Both the position numbers and the translations under genes were made by a program. 64,000 nt of DNA from the human T2T-CHM13v2.0 reference genome, Homo sapiens. The notes under the pieces were generated by a model. The model did no database searches and had not been told where the DNA came from. It was given only the letters and a program-made list of their open reading frames with translations. This document shows, piece by piece, positions 1-15,568 of the stretch. Each line of letters starts with the position of its first letter. The stretch's first letter is position 1. The stretch lies in the NCBI RefSeq assembly GCF_009914755.1, contig NC_060927.1, one strand, 5' to 3'.

Positions 1-430
1 TCAAGGTTCATCCATGTTGTAACGTATGTCAGAATTTCCTTTTTAAGGCTGGATAATATCCCATTGCATGTGTAGACCACCTTTTGCTTATCCATACATC
101 AGTTGATGGACACTTGGGTTGCTTCCACCTTTTGGCAATTGTGAATAGTGTTGCTATGAACATGGGTGTACAAATACCTCTTTGAGACCCTGCTTTCAAT
201 TCTTTGGGGTATATACCCAGAAACAGAATTGCTTGATCATATGTTAGTTCTATTTTTAATTCTTTGAGGGACTGCCATTTGGTTTTCCACAGTGGCTGCA
301 GTATTTTACAAATCTACAAACAGTATACAAGGGTCCTGATTTCTCTGCATCCTTACCAACACTTATTATTTTCTGTGTTTTTGATAGTAGCCATCTAAGT
401 GGATCTGAGGTGGTATTATTTATTAATTGC
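1..430 (-). mobile_element. L1M (L1MA/MB-type) 3' end fragment
   Basis: Typical old-L1 3'UTR text (catccatgttgta...gttgatggacacttgggttgcttccac...ttttccacagtggctgc). Confidence 0.8.
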
Positions 431-1047
431 ACACTTGCAATCATATGGTATGTACAATTTTACATCCTTTTTGTTAAATGTAACATTCTATCATAAGCAT
501 TTTCCCCTACAGTTTGAATTTTGATAGAAAGCCTTTTCAGTCTCCTTCCTCTTTGAAGTGAAGTTGTTCATATTGATCTTTTTTCCTTTGTGGTTTCTTT
601 CTTTGATTTTAAGCTTAGAAAGCTTCCCTATGTAGAGATCAAATAACATTCGCCAAGTTGAATCTATTTTTAAAATACTTCATTTTTAACATTTGCATCT
701 AATACTCTGGCATTTGGTTGTTCTTTAAAAGCCCTTTGACTGCAAAGAATTACGCAAAATGTTAATAGTGGTTCTCCCTGGGTGGTGAGATTATTCATAA
801 TTTTTTTCATGTATTGCTCTTATGAGTGAAAAAGTACATGTTATTTAAACCACAAAGGACCACGCTTTTGCCCATGGAACCAGCCCGGGTCAGCTCTGGA
901 AGAGATGGGGGCATGGAATGTGGAGAATCTAGCTGATGGTGTATTCTTCCTGGACCTCCGCTTCCTCCATAGTAAAAAGAAGGATGGACTGTAGGGTCCT
1001 TTCTGGCCTCAAAGAAATTCATCAGGTTTTTAGGCCCAACTTGATAG

Positions 1048-1900
<853 letters not shown>

Positions 1901-2520
1901 AAACAGGCGTCCATTCCTTGGCTGAAGTAGTACCTCCCCAGCCTAATTAAATACTACACCTTTTTAGAGAGAAAGGGGTGAGAAGGCTGTGGACAGAGTG
2001 AATGGCAAAGGGTTAGCTGGGGCTGGAGGCGGGGAGGGCATTGCCAAGCTGGGGGTTAGGACCTCCTGCAGGCGGGTGTCCATCCAGCTGGGACTCAGGG
2101 CCGTAGAGCAGAAGGGTTAAAAGGGATACTGTGGGTAAGGTATTTGAAACAGTGCCTGACACCTGGTACGCACCAAATTAGTGCTGTTTTTGCCCACCCC
2201 GTCCCTTCCTTGCCTCTTGCCCCTGCCACGCCATTTTCTCCACCTTCCCTCCCTCCTCTTTTTCTCCTCCCTTAGTCTCCCTGATCCTTTCCATTTCTCT
2301 TGCACTGTCTCCTCTTCTCTCCTTCCCTTAACCTGTCTCCTCTTCCTTCTTTTCTCTCCTCTCTGGATGTGTTGGTTCTAGATAAAATCTGTGCCTATTG
2401 TTGGCCATGCCACCTGCTATGAGTGAGCTTTGCCCCAGGGGCCTTACTGCTGCCGGGAAGGTACCCAGCCTCCTCCCCGGGTAAGGCCCACTAAGCCTCA
2501 GAGCTCCGCCCTGGCTAGGC

Positions 2521-2852
2521 TTTCTTTATATATATATTTCTCTCTATATATATTTCTCTCTATATATATTTCTCTCTATATATATTTCTCTCTATATATA
2601 TTTCTATGTATATATTTCTATATATATATTTCTATGTATATATTTCTATATATATATTTCTATATATATATTTCTATATATATTTCTATATATATTATAT
2701 ATATTTCTATATATATAATATATATATTTCTATATATATTTCTATGTGTATATTTCTATATATATATTTATATATATATTTCTACATATATTTCTATATA
2801 TATATTTCTATATATATATTTCTATATATATATATTTCTATATATATATATA
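2521..2852. repeat. AT-rich (TATATATTTC)n-type repeat grown from an Alu tail
   Basis: ~330 bp of TTTC(TA)n units abutting the poly-T of the following minus-strand Alu. Confidence 0.95.
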
Positions 2853-3138
2853 TTTTTTTTAGGCAGAGTTTTGCTCTTTTGCCGAGGCTGGAGTGCAGTG
2901 GTGTGATTTCAGCTCACCGCAACCTCTGCCTCCCAGTTTCAAGTGAGTCTCTGTCCTCAGCCTCCTGAGGAGCTGGGATTACAGGCACGCGCCACCACGC
3001 CCGGCTAATTTTTGTATTTTTAGCAGAGACGGTGTTTTACCATGTTGGTCAGGCTGGTCTTGAACTCCTGACCTCGTGATCTGCCCGCCTTGGCCTCCCA
3101 AAGTGCTGGGATTACAGGCGTGAGCCACCGTGCGCAGC
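2853..3138 (-). mobile_element. AluS
   Basis: Alu consensus match, reverse orientation. Confidence 0.92.
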
Positions 3139-3339
3139 AGCACAGTTACATTTTTTTCTGTGCTTGTTGAAACAGCGTCAGTCTCTGTTTACCAGTCTCC
3201 AAGCTCCATGAGGATGGGGACTTGTCTGCGTTCATTCCCTTGTGTCCCTTGCACCCAGCATGGTGTCTGAAATTAATGGGTGCTCAATAAATATTTTCAA
3301 TAAAAGACTCTACACTACAATAGGGCAAATATGAATTAG

Positions 3340-3530
3340 CAGCAAGTGCAGGCTTTGGAGACACTCAGATCTGGGTTTGAATTGCTAACCGTAGATGGAC
3401 AGCATGACTTAGGCAATTCATTTATGCTCTTTGGGCCTCAATTTCATCATCTGTAAAATGGGGATAATGTGCACCTCTCTTATGGGCTGTAATAAAGATT
3501 TTTTAAATGAAATCTTATATGAAGTACCCA
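3340..3530 (+). mobile_element. MIR fragment
   Basis: MIR core: gggcctcaatttcatcatctgtaaaatggggataat. Confidence 0.7.
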
Positions 3531-3968
3531 TCTACTCAAGTTCCTTTTAAATTTTATTTGCATAGCATTACAGGACTTGTGAAATAGTGTATACTTTAAG
3601 GCCTAAGACTTAAGACAATTCATTATTTCATGGGTAATAGAATTTTATACATCTATGTAAAGACCCAGGACTGGCCATCAGCAGACCTGAGTCCTCCAAG
3701 TTCTGCCTTAGCTAGTTTTTGACCTTTGCTCCGGGGGCCTTCCTTCTGCCTGGAAGGCTCCCCAACCTCCTCCCCAGGTAAGACCCACCTGGAGGCCATA
3801 CCTGGTCGTAGGATGCAAGGTGAACATGACTGAGTCTCATGCATCTTAATCTGCAAGATGAAGAGTTTGGGTAGGGTTAAACACATCATGCAGGCAGCAC
3901 CCTTATGGCTTTGGCTCTATCTGCTTCATAGCTATAGTATTATTTGATTGCTATTCTTTCTTTAAAAG

Positions 3969-4272
3969 TTTATTTTTATTCATTTATTTTTTGGAGACAG
4001 GGTTGTGTGCCATTACCCAGGCTGGATTGCGGTGGTATGATCATGGCTTACTGCAGCCTTGACCTCCTGGGCTCAACTGATCCTCTCGCTTCAGCCTCCT
4101 GAGTCGCTAGGACTACAGGTGCAGCCGCCATGCCCAGCTAATTTTTTATTTTTTGTAGAGACAGGATCTCAGTATGTTGCCCAAGCTGTCTCAAACTCCT
4201 GGGCTCAAGAAATGCTCCCTCCTTAGCCTCCCAGTGTGCTGAGATTCCAGGTGGAAGCCACTGTGTCCAGCC
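3969..4272 (-). mobile_element. AluJ
   Basis: J-type diagnostics (gcagccttgacctcctgggctcaa). Confidence 0.9.
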
Positions 4273-4767
4273 TAAATGTTTACTTTAAAAGACAACTTCA
4301 TACCACTATAGTAAATATCACAAGTAGAAGGTAACAACAACAAAACCCAGTAGAATGAAAACAAGACAGTGTTATAAAATTCTTGCCAGATATTACTACC
4401 TGCCAAGGCTCAGAGTCTGAGGCCTCTTCAGACTTTGTGAAGAAGGGAAATTAGCACATGCTGGAGAGATGGTAACCACTTAATGGCACTGCAGCGAGAC
4501 ATTCTGCACTCGCTCAGGACCATGAGAGTTGAAAAGGGCATGAGTGATTCAGTGTCATTTGGTTTCGTGTGTATCCCTAGTACCCATTTCTCACTTTGGG
4601 AAGCACTGGATTCGATCATAGACCTGGAAGGAACCTTAAAGATTACCTGACCCCCCCATCATTTTGTAGATGGATGAGCTGAGCCTGATGTGGAGGTGGC
4701 TGCTCGTGCCCTTGACCCAGCCATGTGAAGACCTGTGCCCTCGATTCTCAAAATGCGGGAGTCGAAA

Positions 4768-5443
<676 letters not shown>

Positions 5444-5721
5444 CATTTCTTTAGAACAGGGTGTGCCACTTATAAGTAGACTCTGTTCCCTTCAAAACCC
5501 TCTGGCTCCTCCAAAACACTTTCCTTGCTCTATTTCATCCACAAGAAAAATGAAACTGCTCTTTCACATTGGTCAGAAGAGGTAACACTTGGGACAAATG
5601 CATCTAGTACCATTCCAGAGGCACAAAGGAATTTTGGGTGCGGGTTATACTTTTTGATTTTTTATAAACCACACAGATAAAAGTGGACAACAGAGAAAAT
5701 ATTGAGTTCAACATGGAGATT

Positions 5722-6014
5722 GGGCTGGGCGCAGTGGCTCATGCCTGTAATCCTAACACCTTGGGAGGCCAAGGTGGGAGGATCGTTTGAGCCCAGGAGT
5801 TCAAGACTAGCCTGGGCAACATAGAGAGATTTCATCTCTACAAAAACTTTTTAAAAAATTAGCTGGGCGTGGTGGCACACATGTAGTCCAGCTACTCGAG
5901 GGGCCAGGGATGATTCCCTTGAGCCTGGGAGGTCAAGGCTGCAGTGAGCCATGATTGCACCACTGCACTCCAGCCTGGAGGACAGAGCAAGACATTGTCT
6001 CAAACAAACAAACA
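5722..6014 (+). mobile_element. AluJ
   Basis: gaggatcgtttgagcccaggagttcaag J-type left arm, plus right arm. Confidence 0.9.
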
Positions 6015-7127
6015 GAGAGAGTATGCCAAAGGGGGTTAAAACAAAATAAAATATAGTGTTTTAAGTCCTGGTCCTCCTCCTCCATGCCCTGCCTCCCCGC
6101 CACCCTTGCCAAAAAAATTACTGTATAAATTATATATAGAGAACAAAACTAGGCCTTAAGGTACTAGGATCATTTTGTTCCTCTCCATATGTGAATTTAA
6201 TTCCACAGTCCTTCCTTCAGCACTGAACACTACCGCAGCCCCCAATCCCTCCCACCACATTGCCAATCCCTGGGTGGCAAATCCAACAGCTTGGCCAACA
6301 ATTCACTTGGAGTGGCCTCTAGTTGTGTCAAAGATGCTGTATTTATGCATCTATCAGCTTTTGCTGCAACACAGCCCACTCTCCCCTAACTCAGCTGCTT
6401 AAAATAACAAGCATTTATGATTGCTTATGAGTTATGGATCAGCTGGTCAGGCTCACTCATGTGTCTGCAGTTAGCTGAGTATTTGGGTGGAAAGCACTGC
6501 TGTGTCTGCTCTTCCCAGCCCTGATTTGCGAAGCTTTTTTTGCTTCTCAGCGGGGTTTGGTCTTCCTGAGCACCATCCTTATGTCTTCTCCCTGCACCCT
6601 GGGTTGGGCTGTCCATTATGGTTCTCTTAATAGAAGGTTGAGCCTGGGAGACTTGTCATGGATCAACATGTATTGCAGTTGGTTCCTTTGTATTGAAGTC
6701 CACTGCAGTTTACCCTTCTAACCACATCTGCTTCCACTTTCTTCCACCTCTTACCACACACAGCATCATGAATGCCTTTTAGCTATTTATCTCTCTGAGC
6801 GGGTGGTAAGCTTTTGAGAGCAAATAACACATTGCCTTTCCCCTGCTGTATTACCACCATCTGGCCCAATGCATTACGCATAGTAGGTGCTCAGTAAATA
6901 TTTGATGACTGAGATAAATGAGTGAATGACTGAAATTATTGATGAAACCAGGAATGAGGTAGAATGAGGTCTTGATGACCCCCCAAGAGTAAAATAACTG
7001 GAATTCCCCTTATTAATTTTTTATCCTGTCACTTTAAGCCCCATTGAATCCCAAAGGATGTACAGACATGGTCTGGAGGGCTTAGTTCTTAATGGTACCA
7101 ATGTTTGTTTAAATTTTCCTAACTCTA

Positions 7128-7312
<185 letters not shown>

Positions 7313-7839
7313 TATTCCCAACTCATTGCAGCAGATACTACAGGTTTGCTTCTGGTTGCAAATGTTTGGCTTCCCCAAGAGGCAGCTGTAAAGGGGAAAG
7401 CAAGTGTATTCCAGTAAGATCATGGGGAGGGATTCCTGGTTCTGATTTATTTTTCCACTTGGTTTACTAGACTTAGATTCCTGGTGTCTCATAGTCCCTC
7501 GTCAGTTGATGCTCAGTCCCCCAGAACCATACTTGTTCTCTATGACCTTGTGAAAGTTACTTGATGCCAGGGAACACTGTGAACCACAGCCTTTATCTTC
7601 CTGTGAGTACGTGAGCAGCTGTTTCCAAGATTAGAATAAAGGTGGTAGTGATGGTGGGAGATTCCTGGCCTCCCTTCTACAAAGTGTCAGTAGGAGAATT
7701 AGATTAATGGGTATTTTTCTAATAACCTGTCCTGCTGGCATAGAATAAGAATTTCACAGGTACAGCTGCATAGCCTTGATATCTACAGCTATTCTTTTGT
7801 GAGGGAGGAGGGCATCAGAATTCTAATCATTGTGCAGAG

Positions 7840-8009
7840 CAGTGGCTCTCAGCCCTGGCTGCACATCAAGTCATCAGGGAGCTTTAAAAAGTACAGATGC
7901 CTGATCCCACCACAGAAGTGCCAGTTCCGTTGGCCTGGGGTGTGGTCTGGGACTCAGGATTTTTAAATCTCCCGGGTAACTCTGTGTGCAGCCAAAGTTG
8001 AGAACCACT
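7840..8009. mobile_element. MER5A-like hAT-Charlie MITE
   Basis: Inverted termini CAGTGGCTCTCA...TGAGAACCACTG. Confidence 0.8.
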
Positions 8010-9154
8010 GGTTCAGTTTATCCCTTCTATGTCAGGAAAGGGACAATATTTATAATCTGTTAGAATTACTTGAAATTTTATGGTTGTTAAAGCATACAGG
8101 TTTATATGCTGGGATGTATTATATTTGGGTTAGAATAACAGATTCATCCAGGGATGAAAATAAATGTCTCCAACATGTTCTGCATCCACTTGGCCGCCCC
8201 CGCCTTTTGTTGTCACCCCCTACTCCATCTCATCAATTTGTCTTGAGAATAATTGTGAGAAAAAGTAGCAACTGCCCTAACACATGAATTTGCAAGATGC
8301 TCTTTACTGCGTTCTCTCATTTGCTCCTCACGCCAGGAAGGTCATCTAAGAAACAAACTGTTTCTCAGTTGAAAGTCCAGAGGGGAAAGCTGACAGGCTC
8401 AGCTAGGATCAAGTGCCCACCATGGCCCCATCAGCAGCTTCTGTGAGATGGACACAGGTGCCTGGTCCAACCTCCTCTGCTGCGGCAACCACGTGCAGAC
8501 CTGCACTGCTGTCGGGAGGACAGATGTTAACAAATCAGGGTCATTCTTGTCCCCTGTAGGAAAGCCTGTGGGAGACTGAGCCGTCACTAGAACATGTTTG
8601 CTAAATAGAGATGCAGAGAAAAGGGAGCTTGGGGGCCAGAGGCCGGCTTGGTTGCAGGGCGGAGGGAGTGCAAAGTACTCAACAACTGGGCCCTGCGCTC
8701 TCCCTTTGCTCCTCTTCTGGAATCCAGTCAGGTTCTTGTCTTTCCTTTGTGATTCTGCTTTGCACCTGTTGCAGTTCATCAAGACACAGTTTATCTTACC
8801 ACAGGTACATCTCAATATCCTTTCAAGACCTTCTAGGGTCATTTTCATGCTTTGGGGTGGATTTCTCTTCTGCCTGTGACGTTGTCTTCCAAGATAGGTT
8901 GATTCTTACTAGTTTCAAGGGGTGGTGCATTTTGACCTTAAGCCAAATTCTGGTGCTTTCCCAGTCACAGGCGGTGGTATTCCATGTGAAAACAACTAAG
9001 TTTCAAATGGCTTGGGGCTGATACACGTCACATCTTGAGTAGGCTCAGTGTTTGAATCAGAATCAAAACACAAGTCTTCTGAATTTTAATCAAACGCTTT
9101 TTCTCTCCCGCCCAAGTGAGTTTATGTTTTTCTTTTCCACGATTTCTTTTGTAG

Positions 9155-9332
9155 GGGTTCAGCTGTTGCAAAAATAATTGGTAATAATGTCAAGAAACTT
9201 CAGAAATTTGCCTCCACAGTCAAGATGTGGGTCTTTGAAGAAACAGTGAATGGCAGAAAACTGACAGACATCATAAATAATGACCATGAAAATGTAAAAT
9301 ATCTTCCTGGACACAAGCTGCCAGAAAATGTG
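9155..9332 (+). CDS. GPD1L: GPD1L coding exon 2 (W16 partial to V75; NAD-binding domain)
   Basis: Polypyrimidine tract + TAG acceptor (AG 9153-9154), donor GTG|gtaaga. Translates (W)[59 protein letters not shown], matching GPD1L as recalled. 178 nt. Confidence 0.98.
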
Positions 9333-9499
9333 GTAAGACTTTGGGGTGAAATGTACATTGGTTCATTCTGCAAGTTGTGCTTGGCTGAGCAGCACTTGGG
9401 TTTTGGAACTGGGAAAGCTGCTTCCCTTTTCCCCAGTTCCTTTCCACTACCAATTGGTTGGTTGGTTTTGGTCTTCCTGACTCTGAAAATGGGTTTCCT

Positions 9500-9825
9500 A
9501 TTATGTTGCTAAGGATGCCTTAACAAAGTGCCAGACTGGGTACCTTAAACAACAGAAATTTATCTTTTATAATTCTAGAGGTTTTGAGCATGAGATCAGG
9601 GTGTTGATAGGGTTAATTTCTTCTGAGGCCTCTCTCCTTGGCTTATAGATAGCATCTTCTGTATTTTCACATGGTCTTCCCTCTAATCCTGTCTCTGTCA
9701 TAATCTCCTCTTATAAAGATAGCAGTCATATTGGATAAAGACCCACCCCAATGACTTAAGTTAATTACCTCTTTTAAGACACTGTTTCCAGATACAGTCA
9801 CATTCTGAGGTACAGCCCATAACAG
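9500..9825. mobile_element. MLT1 (MaLR) LTR fragment
   Basis: taacaaagtgccagactggg...ttaaacaacagaaatttat...gtcacattctgaggtac MLT1 motifs. Confidence 0.75.
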
Positions 9826-11767
9826 GTTTCCTCCTTGGCATTCAAAGTGCCAGCCACCTCTGGAACTAACAAACTTGCCTTAGGCTGCTCCTGCTCCCCA
9901 AGTAGCTCCTGCTGTACCCTAAGTGCATGAGATCAGCTTGCTAGGACAGCTAATACAATGGTCTGTAATTAAAGTCAGGGTCAAGGCCTAAATTACAGAA
10001 GGAGATAGAAGAAAATGGGAAAATGTAAGACTGACAGTTTAAATTCAAGCTTATTAAGTCTGGGAGAGAAAAATACAGGTTATTGCCTGACCTCCTTCTA
10101 TTGACTTGCAGGGGAAGAAAGAAATGAGCTTGGGGAGTGAAAAGGGTGTACCCTGCTGCTTGTCTGAGTGGAATTTATGAACTTCTTCTGTTGTCAGATT
10201 CACCCCTTTGTGGCTTTCTATCATAATCTCTTTGAAAAACAGACAGTTGTGGCTGTCTGATTCCTATGGTTAACCCAAGAAGCTCATCTCCTTTGTTAAC
10301 GAAATACCCTTTACTGCATATATTCACTCACCAAACCTTATGAGCATGCACTGTGCATGCAAAGCACCGTGTTGGGTGCTGGGGACAGAAAGAGGAATAA
10401 GACAGTGTTGCTTTCCTCAAGGAACTGAGCGGGGGAGACCGATCTCTAAATCAATAAATGTGGGGAAGTTTTAGTTACAGTGTTCGTTAGTGTCAAGCAC
10501 TGTGCTAAGCAATACATTTAGTCTCATTTAATCCTCTCAATAACCCTCTTAGGCTGATACTACTGGTTTTCCTATTAGGGTGATTATTTTGATTATATAG
10601 TGGAGGAAACCAAGACTCAAAGAGGCTAATGAACTTGTCCAGGGTCACACAGCTGAGGGCTACGGTTCAGATTGATTCCTGGTGGACGCATCCCTGAGCA
10701 TGCCGAATCTGTTGCCTTCTAGACAGTGATGACTTTCTGCTCTGGACTTGGGTGAGCCAGCATTTCCCTACAGTTATTCTTGGTGTAGTTGGTGGGGGAA
10801 GAAGAACCTTTAGAGTTGTGAGCTTAGAAGTTAAGTTGTCCAAATATCTGCTGGAGAGAATAAAAGAGGTAGCTCTTCCCCCTGCAATGGAAGGCCTGTG
10901 GGGTCATCTCTAATCCATTCTTGGGGCAGATCATTCTTTTGAGCTTCACTTTTCTCATTTTTATCAGAATTGGTTGCCCCTTCCCTTTGGTAAACTACAT
11001 GCTTCATTGTTACATTCCTCCCACCCTGCCTGGCGCCAGTCCCTTGTGTACCTGTCTGTCTACCTCCACGTGCCCTCAGTGTGTGACCTTGCTTTCTGGT
11101 TCTTCATTCACCCACAGTCCCTAGCACAGTGCTTTTCCTACAGTGGATATTTGAGGAATGTTGGGGGAAGTGAATCTGCTGAGTGGTTCTGTGAAGCTGG
11201 AGCCTGTGCTGCGAACAGGGAGAGTGGGAGGGAAGGAATCGACATAGAGGAGTTGAGAGAGCCTGCCCCCCACTTGACTGACTCCACCACCCACCCCTGG
11301 TCACTGGGTGTGGACAGAGGCAGGAGAATTCACTCCCAGAACCCTGTTGTTGTCTGATAGATCTCTCAAACCTATTCTTCCTGTTTAAGTGAAATTTTTG
11401 ACCAATATGTCCCCAGTCCCTCACCCTCCAGCCTCAGGTAGCCACCTAAAAGTACAGTTTTTAATCATTGTTTTTCTTTCCAATTCAAGCAGGAGAGGTT
11501 TGTTGCATTTCCGTCAACACAAGCTCACTGTTTATGCTGTCATTTGATGTGCTGACTTCAGACTGAGCCTTTTCTGTGTGAGACCCTCAAACTGCTGCCA
11601 ACGTGACCCTTCCCCAGGTCCACACTCATCATGTGGCCCCTCCCACATAGGAGCCTTCTGTTACAGTGACTTCACCATGTCATTGCCTGCTCACTAAAAG
11701 CTGAGCCCGTCTGGATTTGCGATTTCCCTTTAGATCCGAATGAAAAGAATGCTCATTATTTTCTGAA

Positions 11768-12124
11768 GGCCGGTTGCGGTGGCTCACACCTGTAATCCCA
11801 GCACTTTGGGACCGAGCGCAGTGGCTCATGCCTGTAATCCCAGCACTTTGGGAGGCTGAGGGGGGCGGATCACTTGAGGTCAGGAGCTCGAGACCACCCT
11901 GGCCAACATGGCAAAACCTCATCTCTACTAAAAAAAGAAAAATTAGCCGGGTGTAGTGGTGCACACCTGTAATCCCGGCTATACTCGGGAGGCTGAGGCA
12001 GGAGAATTGCCTGAACCCAGGAGGCGGAAGTTGCAGTGAGACGAGATTGCCCCGCTGCACTCCAGCCTGGGCAACAGAGCAAGACTCCATCTAAAAAAAA
12101 AATAGAATGCTCCGTTTAAAAAAA
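11768..12124 (+). mobile_element. AluS with duplicated 5' head and double A-tail
   Basis: Two consecutive Alu 5' ends; 23-bp flanking direct repeat at 11743-11765 and 12125-12147. Confidence 0.9.
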
Positions 12125-12324
12125 AAAAGAATGCTCATTATTTTCTGTAATTGCAAAATGGTTGATCCTGTTTTCTAGCTCTATTTCCAGAGCCTGTGTT
12201 TGGAGCTCATCAAGGTAGAGGATTCTTTTGCTTCCCTGTTCCAGCTTCAGCCAGTGACACCAGGATTTAGATTCCAGCACCCCCATGAAATATAGTTGCC
12301 GTTGCCTCTCATCTCCTGCCTCCT

Positions 12325-13310
12325 TTTTAAAAAACTGCTTCACTGAGATATAATCCACAGACCATACAATTCAGTGGCTTTTTTCGTATATTTACATAGC
12401 TGTGCAGCCATCACTGCCATCAATTTTAACACATTTTCATCACCTTGAAAAGAAACTTGTACCCTTTCATAGTCACCTCCTGTTTTCCCCAGTTGTCCCA
12501 CAGCCCTAGGTGACTACTAATCTACTTTCTATCTCTATAGATTTACCTGTTCTCCATATTTCATGTAAATTGCGTCTTACAATATGCGGTCTTCTGTGAC
12601 TGGCTTCTTTCACTTTGCATAATGCTGTGAAGCTCCATCCATGTTGTAGCATGTATCAATACTTCGTTCCTTTTTATGGCTGAATACGATCCTGTTGTAT
12701 GGATGTCCCACATTTTGTTTACCCATTCATTGGTTGATGGTCATTTGAGCTGTTTCCACTCTTTGGGTATTATGAATAATACCTTTATGTACAATGTGAA
12801 CCTTTATATACAATGTTTTGTATGAACATATGTTTTCATTTCTTTTGTGTGTATACCTAGGAGTAGAGTTAACTTTTTGAGGAACTGCCAGACTGTTTTA
12901 CAAAGTGGCTGTACCATTTTACATTCCTATCAACAGTGTGTGAATGTTCCAGTTTCTTCACATTCTCACCAGTGCTTGCTGTTATCTGACTTTTTAATCC
13001 TAGCGAGTATCTCATTCATGGTTTTGATTTTCATTTGCCTGATGGCTAACCATGTTGAGCATCTTGTGCTTATTGTCACTTGTATATCTTTGGAGAAATG
13101 TGTATTCAAATCCTTTGTCCATTTAAAAAATGGATTGTCTTTTTATTATTGAGTTATACAAATTCTTTATATATTCTAGATACAGGTCCCCTTTCTCCAC
13201 AAGTATTTTCTCCTGTTCTGTGGGTTTTCTTTTTACTTGCTTGATGGTATCCTTTGAAGCACAAAAGTTTTTAATTATGAAGTCCAATGTTTACCTTTTT
13301 ACTCTGCTGT
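12325..13310 (-). mobile_element. L1M (L1MB-type) 3' region
   Basis: Continuous old-L1 3' text (ctttttgaggaactgccagactgtttt...ttggagaaatgtgtattcaaatcctttg). Confidence 0.85.
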
Positions 13311-13669
13311 GAACTCTTTGAGTATAGTTTCTTGCATAGGTCTTTATTCACTAATGTCTCCTCAGCACCTGGAATAGTGCCTGGCATTATTTGTGGTTTG
13401 AATAAATGCCAAGGATAGTGGAAGTGGTGAGGAAGAACAAACCAGGATGAAGAGTTTTGTTTCAGTGCTTTTTAGGTGGTATCACATGGGAAATAAGTTT
13501 AGGGCAAGACTTAAAAAAAAATTAATCATTTACATTTGGATACTAGGGTTGGGGTAATACCTATTAATTTTTGCTGAAAGCCTTCTGAAAATTAAAATAT
13601 CAGTTCAGTGCGAAGCCTCAGTGTTACTCCTTTCCTCCCTGGGTTTAACTCTTTGATTTCATTAGAGGA

Positions 13670-13862
13670 GTAGTTTTCCCTGGTGATCTTCAAATTTTAG
13701 TGTTCATCAGATCACTGGGAGAGCTTCCCAGGGATATGTGGGCCCACTCCTATAGTTTCTGATTCAGTAGGTTTCAGGTGCGGTCCCTGAATGTGCATTT
13801 CTCACAAGTTCCCAGGTAATGGGGATGCTGTTGGTTCAGGAGCCATGCTTTGGGAACCATGG
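13670..13862. mobile_element. MER5A-like MITE
   Basis: gtttctgattcagtagg...tgcatttctcacaagttcccaggt...ctttgggaacca. Confidence 0.75.
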
Positions 13863-15568
13863 GGGTACATAATAAATTGATATTATTGGTGTTGTACTGG
13901 GGAATCCAGGCGATGGATAGCTATTTTTCCAGAAGTAGCCTTACTTACCAGCAGTGGCATGTTTACATAAGAATCATCAGATAAGGTCCTCTGTCTGAGG
14001 GTCATGTTTCTGCATGTAGAGCCAAGTATGTGAATTTCACCTGAGATCTTGGCTGCAAGTGAGATGAAGAGACAGAGGAAAATTACGCTATTTTTGAGCC
14101 TCTACTATGTCCCAAGTATGACACTGCTATGTGTTTTACTCCTGGTATTGTCTTGAATCTGAGTACACACATCCCCCAGATAATGTAGGTGAGTTGCCAT
14201 GGTGTCCGGTTAGCTGACTGGCATTAGAGCCCGGCCACGATGCTCCGTGCAGCCACGGCAGCTGGACCGTTGTTAAACCACACCATTCTCATTAGGAACC
14301 AGAATTGTTTCAGCATGTAGATTCATACAGACTTGAAGTAGACATAACTAGTGGCCCTAAGAGATTAGATAAAAATGAGAACAGCCTTGGTATCTTTTAT
14401 TTGGCTTATCCTTGTTTTATCTGTCATTACTATGATGTTGCTACAAAAAGGTTTGTAGTAAGATTCATGGATTTTAGGGGGAAAAGTCTTCATTTGAATA
14501 ACAGGAAAATTCTTATAATACTATATTAAAAAGATATAAAATATTACTTTAATTCTATAAATACAATTTTAGACATTGCTGTAGGCTCGAAAAGACCTTG
14601 GAAGGAGTGTACCAAAATATTGATAGTGATTATTTCTGGGAACAGCAGGGAGAAGCTGTTCTTATTTTCCTACTTAGAGATTTTTTCTTCAGATTTGATC
14701 CAGCGAGCCTATTTATAGTCATGAATGAATGGAGAAAGCATTTTAGTCCTAATTGGTTTTAAAGACCATAAAATAGCATCTTTGGAGGGTGAGGAGATCA
14801 GTCTGTGATGATGAAAGTGAGGTCTTTTTCTTGCCCACTCTGATGGCTGCAGATAAGATGTTGCTAACAGGTAAAAGCTCATTGAGCACACACTGTGGAC
14901 AGTGATGGTGGATCCAGGAAGTACGAAAGAACCTTCAGACTTGTCCACACAGACTTCACCAGCTTTGTTTCCAATGGTTTTTATTTATTATTAGGTTTTT
15001 ATTAACTTAGACTAAGAGCACTGGGCTCCTGAAAGTCTGGGCATTAAGCAAACCAGCCCTGATGCCTTCGTTCTGGGTTGTTTGTCCTACTTGCCATTGA
15101 AAGGCAAGACCTGTTGTTCTGAGTTTTGCTTCCCAGCATATTTCAGAATCTGGAACGATGGACACCTTCAGAGTTTTGGCAGGAGGCTCACAAAATCAGT
15201 CACCATTTCCAAAGCAGCTCCTGATTATTTTCAGAGCAGAAAATCGGGTAGGGGCTTAGCAAAAGGTTTTATTCTGAAAGATGAGATTCACATGATCTCA
15301 TTAGCTGATAAGAACTTGTTCTGATACGGTGTAAGAGGAATAATGTTCTGTGAATGGACCATGCACACCATAAAAATACAGCTCACATTGTACACGTTGC
15401 TTCTGTGGGTTAAACCCTAAGTATTCCACCAAGGAGAATAAGCCCCAACCACATTGTCCTAGAGACCATCACATTCCCTACCACCTGCAGGTTCCTCTTT
15501 GATTTATTAAGAAGGAAATGTAAGAGACAGAAGAAATCCTGGCCAGCTAGCAGATTCCTTGAGAATGG

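Noticed and set aside
2430-2968. 158-aa and 120-aa Tyr/Ile/Phe-rich ORFs
   Set aside because: Translations of the TA-rich repeat and adjacent Alu.
8399-9021. Overlapping 93-149 aa ORFs upstream of exon 2
   Set aside because: No similarity to the missing GPD1L N-terminus (MAAAPLKVCIVGSGNW) or to any protein I recognise. Exon 1 lies outside the window.
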